Translations under genes and position numbers: made by a program | NCBI GenBank assembly: GCA_963734715.1 | Contig: CAVTIB010000002.1 | Location: 299,733 to 363,732 of the forward strand | Reading direction: 5' to 3' | Length of the DNA: 64,000 nucleotides | Origin: an uncultured Solirubrobacterales bacterium | Lineage (GTDB): Bacteria; Actinomycetota; Thermoleophilia; Solirubrobacterales; Solirubrobacteraceae | In this document: positions 19,095 to 29,469 of the stretch, piece after piece | How positions within the stretch are numbered: position 1 is the stretch's first letter | How the letters are laid out: each line of letters opens with the position of its first letter | Notes under the pieces: model-generated | What the model saw: the letters and a program-made list of their open reading frames with translations, nothing else | Databases searched by the model: none | What the model was told of the DNA's origin: nothing

Positions 19095-19844
19095 ATGGAT
19101 GCCTCTGCCTATGCGTTCGCCCACGGTGTGCGCCACACACGCACGACCCTGCGAGCCTGGCAACGGACCCCCGGCGTCGTGCTGGGTCGCTGGGTCGCCG
19201 GCTCCGCCCTCGCGGCCACGGGCCTGCTGCTGGCCGTGCTGGCTGTGGCCTCGTTCGACCACGGCTATCAGCAGATCATCACTCTGCAGCCGCCGTTTGC
19301 GGTCGGCGACGGCGCAAACGTGCTCGATGTGCTGCGCAGCAACCTGCTCGTGCTTGCCCTGCACGCGATGGCGTGCGTCGCTGGATTCATCGCGGGTAGC
19401 TCGCTGCCGCTGCAGGCCGAGCACCACCACGGCATCTCGCGCTGGGTGCACGAGCACGGCGGGCCGATCGCGATCGCGTTCGTCGGCTGTGCGACCGCCT
19501 TCTCGTTGAGTGCTCAGGCGTACGTGATCGGGCACACCCTCGCCGGCGTCTCCGGCTTCCTGCACGTTTCGCCCGCCCTGCTGCTGCTTGGGGTGCTTCC
19601 GCACGCGATCCCCGAGTTGATCGCCTTGTTTCTGCCGTTGGCGGCGTGGATCCTCGCCAGCCGGCGCGGGGAGTGGGAGCAGCTACTGGCCGCGACGGTC
19701 GTGACCGTTGCCGTGGCCATACCGGTGCTGATCATCGCCGCCTTCATTGAGGTGTATGTCTCGCCGCATCTGTTCACGCTGCTGACCAACATTCACCCGC
19801 CGATCGTGCGCAGCTCCGAAGGTTTCCTCGTGACCGTCCGCTGA
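19095..19844 (+). CDS. SpoIIM-like membrane protein
   Basis: Multi-TM; LPHAIPEL and AAFIEVYVSP typical of SpoIIM/DUF95. Confidence 0.7.
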   Translation: MDASAYAFAHGVRHTRTTLRAWQRTPGVVLGRWVAGSALAATGLLLAVLAVASFDHGYQQIITLQPPFAVGDGANVLDVLRSNLLVLALHAMACVAGFIAGSSLPLQAEHHHGISRWVHEHGGPIAIAFVGCATAFSLSAQAYVIGHTLAGVSGFLHVSPALLLLGVLPHAIPELIALFLPLAAWILASRRGEWEQLLAATVVTVAVAIPVLIIAAFIEVYVSPHLFTLLTNIHPPIVRSSEGFLVTVR

Positions 19845-19863
19845 GGTCTGTCGCGGTAGCGGG

Positions 19864-20103
19864 TCAGCTTGGATCTGGCGAACGTTTGCGCCTCAGATCC
19901 TGCCGAGCACGAAGGATCGGAAACACCAGAAGCGTGTCGATCGCGAAGACTCCGAGCAGCACGATCCCGATGACCAGCACGACATGATCGTGGCCCGCCC
20001 CCACGAAAACCAACACAACCCCGAGTGGACCGGCAAGATTGGCCGAGATATATGCTTTCTGGGCGCGGGAACGTCGCTTGAAGTCGCGAGCAAGTGCGCC
20101 CAT
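19864..20103 (-). CDS. Small hypothetical 2-TM protein
   Basis: Two hydrophobic segments, basic tail. Confidence 0.45.
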   Translation of the reverse strand: MGALARDFKRRSRAQKAYISANLAGPLGVVLVFVGAGHDHVVLVIGIVLLGVFAIDTLLVFPILRARQDLRRKRSPDPS

Positions 20104-20212
20104 ATCCCGAACGGTAGTGCACTAGCCTAGGTACCTCCGTCACCCCTTCCTTTACTTTGTATAGTGAGTAGGCAAGGGAACGTATAAGAGGAAAGCAATC
20201 AAGGAGAACCCC

Positions 20213-20545
20213 ATGGCAGGCACGTTGAACGAAGTCACAGACACCAACTTCCAGGCCGAGGTGATCGAGTCGGAGGGTCCCGTGCTCGTCGACTTCTGGG
20301 CGCCTTGGTGCGGCCCGTGCCGCGTGGTCGCGCCCGTGCTCGAGGAGATCGCCTCTGAGCGCCCGGACCTGCGCATCGTCAAGCTGAACATCGATGAGAA
20401 TCAGCAGACGGCGGCCAACTTCCAGGTGCTTTCGATCCCGACGATGATCCTCTTCAAAGGCGGCCAGCCGGTCAAGACGGTGATCGGCGCCTACCCGAAG
20501 AAGAAGCTAGAGGCCGAGCTGGAGCCGGCCCTCACGGCTGCCTAA
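20213..20545 (+). CDS. trxA: Thioredoxin
   Basis: WAPWCGPC, SIPT; AAGGAG RBS. Confidence 0.97.
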   Translation: MAGTLNEVTDTNFQAEVIESEGPVLVDFWAPWCGPCRVVAPVLEEIASERPDLRIVKLNIDENQQTAANFQVLSIPTMILFKGGQPVKTVIGAYPKKKLEAELEPALTAA

Positions 20546-20580
20546 CCCTCACAAGGCTGCCTGAGAGGTCCTCGATCGCC

Positions 20581-23500
20581 TCAGTGGGCGTCGTTTGACT
20601 TCTGCAGGCCGATCGTGAGCGCAAGGTCGTCGATCTCGGTCTGCTCCGAGTAGTCCATCGCGACGGCACTCTCGCTCGCACTGTCCCCCAACTCTGACAA
20701 CTCTGACAACTCCGGCAACTCCGGCAACTCCGGCAACTCCAGCCTGACGGCGAGCGTCTCTCCGACAAGGTACCCGCGGTGGGCCTCGGCGGCCGCGATC
20801 AACGCGGGGTCGCCGGTGAGGTGCAGGGCGATCCGGTCCTCTACCTCCAGGCCGGCGGTCTTGCGCGCGTTCTGCACGGCGTGGACGATCTCCCGCGCAT
20901 GCCCCTCCTCACGCAGATCGTCATCGATCGTCAGGTCGAGAGCCACCGCGTGGGCGCCCTCGCGCTCGACGCTGTAGCCCTCGGGCGCCTTCATCGTGAG
21001 GATCACGTCCTCGCTTGACAGTGTGTGCTCTCGTCCGGCTACCGCGATTCCGATCCCGCCGCCGCCGTCGCGCACCGCTGCCGCGACTCGCGCTGGGTCA
21101 AGCGCGGCAATCGCCTCGGCGGCCTGGGGCATGTCCTTGCCAAACAGCGGCCCGAGTGTGCGGTAGTTGGCCTTGACCTCGTACTCGCTCAGCTCCTCGG
21201 CGGCCGCGACAAAACGCATCTGCCGGACGTTCAGCTCCTCACGAACCACATCCGCCAATCGTTCGATCGCCGCGCGCTCGCGCTCGTCGGCCACCACCAC
21301 GGCCTCGCTCAAGGGCTGGCGCACCTTGATCTTGGCCTTGCCGCGCGCTCCCAAGCCGAGGCGCACCGTCTCACGCGCAAGCGCCATCGCCTGCTCGAGG
21401 GCCTCGTCACGCTCTCCGATTTCCCCATTAGCGATCTCCCCACTCTCCCCACCCGTGGTCTCCCCACCCGCGGGGAAGTCGCACAGGTGCACGCTCTCGA
21501 GCGTGCCGTCGAGGTTGTCGTAGATCTCATCGGCGATGAACGGGCAGAAGGGAGCCAGCAACTTGGACACCGTCAAGAGGCACGTGCGCAGCGTTTCGAA
21601 CGCGGCGGGGTCACCGTCCCAGAAGCGCCGGCGCGAGCGGCGCACGTACCAGTTCGACAGCTCGTCGACCAAGCTCGCGATCGCCCGTCCGGCGGAAGTG
21701 GCGTCATAGGCGTCCAGCCGTTCGGCGACGAACTGGGCCGTGCCCGCGGTGCGCGACAGCGCCCAACGGTCGAGATCGTCGATCGCCCCTGTCGTCGCCT
21801 CCACCGTGGTCGCTTCTGCCATCGCCGGTCCTGCCGTTGTCGCTCCTGCCGTCGTCGGTCCCTCCTGCCCCTGCTCCGGCGCGCCGGCGAGCACGGTCGC
21901 GCCGCCAAGCACCGTCGCGTTCGCCTGCGCGTAGAGGGTGTAGAAGAAGTACGTGCTCCACAGCTGCTTGAGGAATAGGCGTACGCCCTCGCCGATCGTC
22001 TCGGCGGAGAAGCGGTAGCCATCCCACGGCTGCTTTGAGGTGAAGAAGTACCACCTGAAAGCATCTGCCCCGTAGGTGTCGAGCACCTGCCATGGCTCGA
22101 CCGTGTTGCCCTTGGACTTGGACATCTTCTGGCCGTCCTCATCGAGGATTAGGCCCAGGCACACCACGTTGCGATACGGCGCTGGCTTGCCCAGCAGCGT
22201 TGAGACCGCCAGCAGCGAGTAGAACCAGCCGCGCGTCTGGTCCTGCGCCTCGCAGATGAAGTCTGCCGGGAAGAGCTCTCGAAACTGCCGTCCTTGGCGA
22301 ACGGATGATGGTGCTGGGCGAACGGCATCGAGCCCGAGTCAAACCACACGTCGATCACCTCGGGAACACGCCACATCTCCTGATCGCATCCCTCCTGTGG
22401 GCACGGGAAGGAGATCTCGTCGACGTAGGGTCGGTGGTGATCCTCGAGCTTGCGCTCCGAGCGCTCGGCGAGCTCGGCGTAGGAGCCGATCACATGGATG
22501 TGTCTGTTCCCACAGCGCCACACCGGCAGCGGCGTGCCCCAGTAGCGCTCGCGTGAAAGCGCCCAGTCGACATTGTTCTTCAGCCAGTCGCCGAAGCGTC
22601 CCTGCTTGACGCCCGGCGGATGCCAGTCCACCGTCTCGTTCGCCGCCAGCAGCTCGTCGCGCAGCTTCGAGGTCGCGATGTACCACGAGGGTTTCGCGTA
22701 GTAGATCAACGCGTCGCCCGAGCGCCAGCAGTGCGGGTAGGAGTGCTCGTAGTCCTGAACCTTTAGCAGCAGCCCACGCTCGCGCAGATCCTCGATCAGC
22801 TCCTCCGTCACATCGGCGTCCTTGACGCCGCGACCCTCGTAGGACTTGCCCGCGTGGTTGCGCACACGCGCGTCGAACGTCCCGTCAGGGCGCACAGGGT
22901 TGTAGAGGCTGCCAGCGATCGTCGGATCGAACGGAACTCGCTCAGAGGCCGCGGCCACGCGATAGTCGTCCTCGCCAAACGCCGGCGCCAAATGCACGAT
23001 CCCCGTCCCGTCCTCCGTAGTCACAAACTCGTCGGACAGGATCGGAAAGCCGCCCGGCTCACGATCGCTCAGCGCGAAGATCGGTCCCTGATAGGAGCCG
23101 TAGCGCTCGATCAGCTCCACGCCGGAGAACCGCTCGAGGATCTCTGTTTCCTCACCCAGGACCGCCTCCACCCGGGTCTCGGCGAGCACGAAGATCTCAT
23201 TCCCGACGCGCACCCGCGCATAGGTGGCCGTCGGCGAGACCGCCACCGCCACGTTTCCGGGCAGCGTCCACGGCGTGGTCGTCCACACCAGCAGCCTGTC
23301 CGCACTCGCCGGGCCTGCGTCCGCGCCGCCTACCGCCGCGCTCGCGCCGCCCACCACCGGCAGCTTCAGGAAGACGCTCGGATCGACGACGTCGCGGTAC
23401 CCGAGCGCCACCTCATGGGAAGAGAGCGTGGTCTCGCAGCGCGGGCAGTACGGCACGACCTTGCGCCCCTCGTACAGCAATCCTCGCTCGTGGATCTGCG

Positions 23501-24020
23501 CGAGCGCCCACCACACCGACTCGATGTAGCTCTCATCCAAAGTCCGGTAGGCGCCATCGAGGTCGAGCCAGAAGCCGATCCGCTCGGTCAGCCGGTTCCA
23601 CTCCGCAAGGAACGTGAACACCGACTCGCGGCACTTGGCGTTGAACTGCGCGATCCCGTACTCCTCGATCTCTGCCTTGTGGTGGATGCCGAGCTCTTGT
23701 TCGACGGCGATCTCGACGGGCAACCCATGGCAGTCCCAGCCGCCCTTGCGCTCCACCCGATAGCCGCGCATCGTCTGAAAGCGCGGGTAGATGTCCTTGA
23801 ACACGCGTGAGAGCACGTGATGGGAGCCGGGCGGGCCGTTGGCGGTGGGGGGGCCCTCGTAGAAGACCCACTGCTTGGCGCCCTCGCGGATCCGCAGCGA
23901 CTGGGCGAACACGTCGCGCTCGCGCCAGCGCTCCAGAACCTCGAGCTCGAGCGCGGGGAGCTCCTGGCGCGGGTCGACCGCGCGATGGGGGAGCAGCGAG
24001 TGTTTCTCGGAGGCGCTCAC
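20581..24020 (-). CDS. ileS: Isoleucine--tRNA ligase, type 2 (apparent frameshift at ~22270-22280)
   Basis: GPPTANG, GWDCHGLPVE, WTTTPWTLP, DWALSRERYWG, DVWFDSGSMP; the next frame continues FPADFICEAQDQTRGWF...KMSKS. Confidence 0.93.
20689..20742 (-). repeat. 9-bp tandem repeat x6 (ELP/ELS) in the ileS C-terminus
   Basis: CAACTCTGA x2, CAACTCCGG x3, CAACTCCAG on + strand. Confidence 0.9.
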
Positions 24021-24130
24021 AGGGCGGCCCATTGTAGGCGCGGCCAGATCTGTCAGGACGGCGACGCGGCCTACGATGAGTGGATGGCCCCTCGTCGCGC
24101 CCCTCGTCGCAGTCCTCGTGGCACCCGGCC

Positions 24131-24970
24131 ATGAGGCTGCGTCTCTACCACCACCCCGATGGCGCGCGCGTGGCCTACCGGGAGCTCGGCACCGGGCCGC
24201 CGCTGGCGCTGCTGCACTCCGCGATGCTCTCCTACAAGGAGTGGGAGCCGGCTGTCGAGCAGCTCGCCGACCGCTTCCGTGTGGTGCTCCCCGACCTGCC
24301 GCTGCACGGAGATTCGGAGGACCGGCCACGGCATCCCTACACGCTCGATTGGTTCGCCGATGTGATGTCGGGATTCGCCGCCGACGTGCTCGGCCCCCGT
24401 CCGCTGATCGGCGGTCACGACGCTGGCGCGGAGATCCTGCTGCACGCGATCGCGCGCGGGAGCCTACGACCCAAGCGGCTCGTGCTGATGGGCAGCCGTA
24501 TGCATGCCGCGCCACAGGATGCCCGCTTGCGCGCCGCCTGGCGCCTGACCGCCGCCGCCGGTGCTGTGCCTGGGCTCGACCGCCTGCTCACATACGGCGC
24601 CCGCGCCGCCTTCAGGCCCGAGCGCGGTCTGCGACTGTCCGCGCGCGGCGATCCGGCGGCGCGCGATCTGGTGCGCCACGCATTTGCCGACGTCGCCGGC
24701 AACCCGAGCCTCGCGCGCTCGTGGGCGAGATGCGCGCGGGCATGGCCGCGTGGTGCGCAGGCCCAGCTGCTCGAGCTGTATCCGCGCCTGGAGATGCCGG
24801 TGCTGCTGCTGTGGGCCGACCGTGACCGGCTGCACCCAATCGCGACCGCCGAAGAGGCGCTGGAGCTGCTGCCCGACGGTCAGCTCAGGGTGCTGCAGAG
24901 CACGGGCTTTCTGATCGCCTATGACGACCCGGTGGGGCTCGCCCGGGAGCTGGCCGCGTTCTGCGGGTAG
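24131..24970 (+). CDS. Alpha/beta hydrolase fold protein
   Basis: GTGPPLALLH, PDLPLHGDS, GHDAGA elbow, PVLLLWADRD. Confidence 0.8.
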   Translation: MRLRLYHHPDGARVAYRELGTGPPLALLHSAMLSYKEWEPAVEQLADRFRVVLPDLPLHGDSEDRPRHPYTLDWFADVMSGFAADVLGPRPLIGGHDAGAEILLHAIARGSLRPKRLVLMGSRMHAAPQDARLRAAWRLTAAAGAVPGLDRLLTYGARAAFRPERGLRLSARGDPAARDLVRHAFADVAGNPSLARSWARCARAWPRGAQAQLLELYPRLEMPVLLLWADRDRLHPIATAEEALELLPDGQLRVLQSTGFLIAYDDPVGLARELAAFCG

Positions 24971-25025
24971 GGTTCCGCGGGCGGGCGGGTCCCAAATTGG
25001 GTCCAAATAAAACCAAGGAGAGCCG

Positions 25026-26345
25026 ATGCCGGAGAAGCGATTGTGGGGCGGAGAGACAACCAAGGCCGTCGAAAACTTCCCGATCTCGGGCGAGCGGGTG
25101 CCGGTGTCGGTCGTGCGCTGGCTGGCACGGGTGAAGGGCGCCGCCGCGCTCGTCAACGGCGAGCTCGGCCTGCTCGATAAACGCCGCGCCACGAGCATCG
25201 CCAAAGGCGCCGGCGAGATCGCCGCCGGCAAGCACGACGCGCAGTTCCCGATCGACGTCTTCCAGACCGGCTCGGGCACTTCGACGAACACGAACACCAA
25301 CGAGGTGATCGCGGCGCTCGCCGGCTCGAGCGTGCATCCCAACGACCACGTCAACATGGGCCAATCCTCCAATGACGTGTTTCCCTCGGCCGTGCACCTC
25401 GCGGCGCTCGACGTCGCCCAGAACGAGCTGCTTCCGGCGCTGCACCAGCTCGAGCGCTCGTTGGCGAAGAAGGCCAAGAGCTTTCAGAACGTCGTCAAGT
25501 CAGGGCGCACGCATCTGATGGATGCCGTCCCCGTCACGCTCGGGCAGGAGTTCGGCGGCTATGCCGCGCAGGTCGCGCTCGGCCAGGAGCGCGTGCGCTC
25601 ATCGCTCGTCCACGTCGGGCAGATCCCGCTCGGCGGCACCGCCACCGGCACCGGTTTGAACACCCATCCCAAATTCGCCGAGAAGGTCCGCGCGCGGTTG
25701 AAGAAGGAATCCGGCTTGAAGCAGATCGCCGCCCCCCTGGATCGCTTCGAGGCGCAGGCCAGCCGCGACGCGCTCGTCGAGCTCTCCGGTGCGCTGAAGG
25801 TCGTGGCGGTATCGCTCTCGAAGATCGCCGGGGACCTCGCGCTGATGGGCTCCGGTCCCCGCGCCGGGATCGGCGAGATCCGCCTGCCCGAGCTGCAGAA
25901 GGGCTCCTCGATCATGCCCGGCAAGGTCAACCCGGTGATCCCTGAGGTGGTGCTGCAGGTCGCCGCGCAGGTGATCGGCAACGACACCGCGGTCACCGTC
26001 GGCGGGATGCAGGGCCAGTTTGAGCTCAATGTGCGGATTCCCCTGATCGCGCGCAACCTGCTGCAGTCGCTGCACCTGCTCGCCAGCACCTCACGCGTGT
26101 TCGCCGAGAAGTGCGTTGACGGCATCGAGGCGAACAAGGAGGGCACCGCGGCCTCGGCGGGAGCTACGCTCGCCGCCGCGACCGCGCTGAACGGTGTGAT
26201 CGGCTACGACAAGGGCACGACGATCGTCAAGAAGGCCACCGACTCCGGTCGTCCGCTACGCGAGGTCGCCTTGGAGGAGGGGGTCGACGCGAAGCTGTAT
26301 GACGCGACGATCGACCTGCGCAAGATCGCGCGGGGCAATCAGTAA
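25026..26345 (+). CDS. fumC: Class II fumarate hydratase
   Basis: QTGSGT, HPNDHVNMGQSSND, GRTHLMDA, GSSIMPGKVNP. Confidence 0.92.
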   Translation: MPEKRLWGGETTKAVENFPISGERVPVSVVRWLARVKGAAALVNGELGLLDKRRATSIAKGAGEIAAGKHDAQFPIDVFQTGSGTSTNTNTNEVIAALAGSSVHPNDHVNMGQSSNDVFPSAVHLAALDVAQNELLPALHQLERSLAKKAKSFQNVVKSGRTHLMDAVPVTLGQEFGGYAAQVALGQERVRSSLVHVGQIPLGGTATGTGLNTHPKFAEKVRARLKKESGLKQIAAPLDRFEAQASRDALVELSGALKVVAVSLSKIAGDLALMGSGPRAGIGEIRLPELQKGSSIMPGKVNPVIPEVVLQVAAQVIGNDTAVTVGGMQGQFELNVRIPLIARNLLQSLHLLASTSRVFAEKCVDGIEANKEGTAASAGATLAAATALNGVIGYDKGTTIVKKATDSGRPLREVALEEGVDAKLYDATIDLRKIARGNQ

Positions 26346-28153
26346 GCACAACGTCCACCGCGCAGGCGGTAAATGGTCATTTCCGGGCCTGGCCGGTGGA
26401 AGGCAAGCGGGTAGTAGTCAAACGTCCAGTCGAAGTTGAACCCCACGCGGCTCTTCCCTGGACTGCCGTTCCCCGGGCTGCTCTGCCCCGAGCCGTATGG
26501 CGAGACGTGGTAGACGACTTTGCCCTGCCTTTCCAGTTCCCGGTAGTAGGCGATCGCATCGGGCACGGTCTGCGGATCGGCGAACGCCCGCCCGGATTGG
26601 GTGTAGCCGCTCACCACCCAGCAATAATCATTTCGCTCATAATAGGAAATCAACGCAGGCCCAAGCGTGCTCTCATAATTTTCTAATAGAACGGTCCGAT
26701 GTGTCGGTTCGGGCGTGCCCCTGGACGGGTTCAGCAGCACGCGCAACGTGGGGTACTTGACCCAACGTACCTCACCGGGACCGAGCCGGCCGGTGTCATC
26801 GAGCCATGCGTTGGGAACCACCGGCTCGACCACGATCCGCGCGCCAGCGGGTATGTTCTTCACCACCCACGCACGCGCAAGATTACGGGTGTCGGCGCGT
26901 GAGAGAAGCAAGCCGGAGTGAATGCTGTACACGATGCCCTGGGCCGCCAAAGCGATTACAGCAAGCGCGGTAAAGCCGACACGCATCCGCGGAGCACGCC
27001 GCGCCGCCCAGCCAGCCAGCTCAAGCGAGAAGTAGGCCGCCAGCAGGCAGGCGACCGGGAAGATCGGCAGCAGCCAGCGTCCGAAATAACGCCCCTGCAG
27101 GCTCAAAAACAGGAGATATAAAACCGCAACCGGCACGAGCACCCAACCGACCCGTTGCTGCCCTCGCCAAATACTCACTGCCCCACCAAGTGCCGCCAGC
27201 GCGGGAATCCACCCTAACCCCCAGGTGAACGACCACAGATAATAGATAAAGCTGCCCTGCTTTGGACCGCCGATCCAGGAGGCATGTGACATTTCCGTGT
27301 AACTGGATTGAAGTTTTAATTCGGTTATGAACAGGTGAAAATCGAGCAGGGAATATGGATTTGCGATCAAATATGCGCCCAGCGCCGCCACCAAGGCGAC
27401 CCCGAGGCCAATCGCCACGTCTCGCCGCGCGCCCGGTCTTCCATTTGCCCGCGCCGGTCTTTCCTCAACGCTCGCTCTCTCATTCGCCCGGGCGCCCGCT
27501 CTCCCCTCAACGCCCGCTCTTCCGTCGAGATACCGCGCCACAGCCGCGGCCAGCAGCGGGAGGACCATCACGCCCGCCGTGTACTTCGTCGCGCCGGCCA
27601 AGCCCAGTCCAACGCCCGCCATCAGATAATCGAACATGCGTCCCCGGCGCAAGATGCCGGCCGTGCCGAGCAGCGAGAGCGTCAGCGGCGCGAGCGTCGG
27701 CACGTCGTTCAGCGCCAGGTGCCCGTAAAAAACCGGTAGGAAAGCCACGGCCATCACGGCGCTCGCCAGCAGGCCGACGGCGCGATTGAACAGGCGAGCG
27801 CCCACCAGGTAGAGCAGCCAGACCGAGACTGTCCCGAGCAGCGCGACGGTGATCCGGGCGACGAGGAATAGCCGATCTGGATGCAGCGCGAATTCGTGGG
27901 TTACGCCTACCCGGCCGCCGAGCCAGATCGCAAAGATCACATGCAGCAGGTAGGTGAGCGCCGGCGGGTTGATGAAGTAGTGAGGGTTCAGGCCGTGGTG
28001 AAACATCGCCACCGCCTCGGGCACGAAGTGCCCGTACTCGTCCACGTTGTAGACGTAGGGTAGGCCCTGCTTGATGCCCCACAGGCGCAGGGCAAAAGCG
28101 AGGATCAGCACAAGCGCGAGCGGACCCCAGTAACGCCATCGTCCGTTGCGCAT
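26339..28153 (-). CDS. ArnT/GT39-like (GT-C) glycosyltransferase
   Basis: ALRLWGI, NVDE, NPP, ALND, ATKY; multi-TM; TAGGAT -10 before ATG. Confidence 0.8.
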   Translation of the reverse strand: MRNGRWRYWGPLALVLILAFALRLWGIKQGLPYVYNVDEYGHFVPEAVAMFHHGLNPHYFINPPALTYLLHVIFAIWLGGRVGVTHEFALHPDRLFLVARITVALLGTVSVWLLYLVGARLFNRAVGLLASAVMAVAFLPVFYGHLALNDVPTLAPLTLSLLGTAGILRRGRMFDYLMAGVGLGLAGATKYTAGVMVLPLLAAAVARYLDGRAGVEGRAGARANERASVEERPARANGRPGARRDVAIGLGVALVAALGAYLIANPYSLLDFHLFITELKLQSSYTEMSHASWIGGPKQGSFIYYLWSFTWGLGWIPALAALGGAVSIWRGQQRVGWVLVPVAVLYLLFLSLQGRYFGRWLLPIFPVACLLAAYFSLELAGWAARRAPRMRVGFTALAVIALAAQGIVYSIHSGLLLSRADTRNLARAWVVKNIPAGARIVVEPVVPNAWLDDTGRLGPGEVRWVKYPTLRVLLNPSRGTPEPTHRTVLLENYESTLGPALISYYERNDYCWVVSGYTQSGRAFADPQTVPDAIAYYRELERQGKVVYHVSPYGSGQSSPGNGSPGKSRVGFNFDWTFDYYPLAFHRPGPEMTIYRLRGGRCAY

Positions 28154-28265
28154 CGCCTGCAATCCTATGCGCCCGCGCGGCCCTCCGCGCACAAGTCGAT
28201 GCGGCCCGCGCGGTCCTCCGCTCACACGCAGGGAAACGCAACTTCTCGGCGTATAGGCTGTTTCG

Positions 28266-29318
28266 ATGGCCGTGTTCAGCACTCTGCGCCTCGCCACCCT
28301 GCGCTCCCGTCCACTGCTCGCCGCGGCGCTGCTGATCTGCGCCCTGGCGCTCGCGCTGAGCGCCACGCTCGGCGTCTCCACAGCGCTCTCTGCTCACTCG
28401 AAGAGCCAGCCCACGGCCCGCGCCGCCGCCTCGTTCCAGGTCGGCATCGCCGACGAGCAGACGGAGATGTTCTCCGATCCCCTGTGGCGGCAGTTGCACA
28501 CGCACATCACCCGCTACATCGTCCCCTACGACGCCGCCGTCCGCGGCTACTCGCTGATGAAGGCCGACTCCTGGATTCACGCCGCCGAACGCCAGCACCA
28601 GCAGGTGCTCGTGGCCTTCTACCACTCGGAGTACACGCCCACGAAGATGCCGAGCGTCAAGACCTACGAACAGGACATAAAGAAGTTCATGGCGCTGTTT
28701 CCGAACGTCCACCAGTACCAGCCCTGGAACGAGGCCAATCGGGGCGACGTCCGCTACAGCTACGAGCGTTTCGACAGCCCCACGGCGGTCGAATCGGCGA
28801 AGTACTACCAAGCGCTGCGGCGCGTCTGCATTAAATGCACGATCCTCGGCCTGGACATCCTGGACCAGAATCTGGTCGGTCCCACGCTGACCTACATCGC
28901 TCAGTTCAAAGCCGAGGTTGGTCGCCTGCGCGTGCCGATGCCGACCCTCTGGGGGCTGCACGACTACTCGGACACCAACCGTTTCTCGAGCGTCCGCACG
29001 CGCGCGATCCTGGCGGCGGTGCCCGGGGACGTCTGGTTGACCGAGACGGGGGGGATCGTCAAATTCGGCGGCGCCTTTCCCAACTACCGCGGCTCGGGTC
29101 TGGCGCGCGCGGCGAAAGCGCTCAGCTACATGTTCGCGATCGCCTCGAACTACACCAGAATCAAGCGCTTGTACATCTATCAGTGGACCGGCGGCACGTC
29201 TTCGACGATCTTCGACTCGGGCCTGACCGACGCCCATCACCACCCGCGACCGGGTTACGTGATCGTCTGCGCGCATCTGCACGGCGCACACTGCAAGGTC
29301 AAGGTCAGCTCGCAGTGA
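28266..29318 (+). CDS. Secreted clan GH-A glycoside hydrolase (GH5/GH39-like)
   Basis: Signal peptide, PWNEAN acid/base, WGLHDY, WLTETGG nucleophile, FDSGL. Confidence 0.75.
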   Translation: MAVFSTLRLATLRSRPLLAAALLICALALALSATLGVSTALSAHSKSQPTARAAASFQVGIADEQTEMFSDPLWRQLHTHITRYIVPYDAAVRGYSLMKADSWIHAAERQHQQVLVAFYHSEYTPTKMPSVKTYEQDIKKFMALFPNVHQYQPWNEANRGDVRYSYERFDSPTAVESAKYYQALRRVCIKCTILGLDILDQNLVGPTLTYIAQFKAEVGRLRVPMPTLWGLHDYSDTNRFSSVRTRAILAAVPGDVWLTETGGIVKFGGAFPNYRGSGLARAAKALSYMFAIASNYTRIKRLYIYQWTGGTSSTIFDSGLTDAHHHPRPGYVIVCAHLHGAHCKVKVSSQ

Positions 29319-29319
29319 G

Positions 29320-29346
29320 CCCAGCGCAACTTCCCCTGCGCTAGGG
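29320..29346 (+). terminator. GC hairpin after GH gene (possible terminator)
   Basis: CCCAGCGCA-loop-TGCGCTAGGG; no U-tract. Confidence 0.35.
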
Positions 29347-29469
29347 TGTCTCAGCCTACGGTGCGTCTGATGTGCCCGCCTTCGCAGTGGCGGCCTTGGC
29401 TCCTCCGCGAGCACGTCTACGCTCCGCTCCCGTCCGCAAGCACGTAAGCAACGATTGAATCGAGGGCCA

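Noticed and set aside
24020-24131. T-box riboswitch upstream of ileS
   Set aside because: Only ~110 nt to the divergent gene, TACAAT lies just before the start, and no T-box consensus is visible
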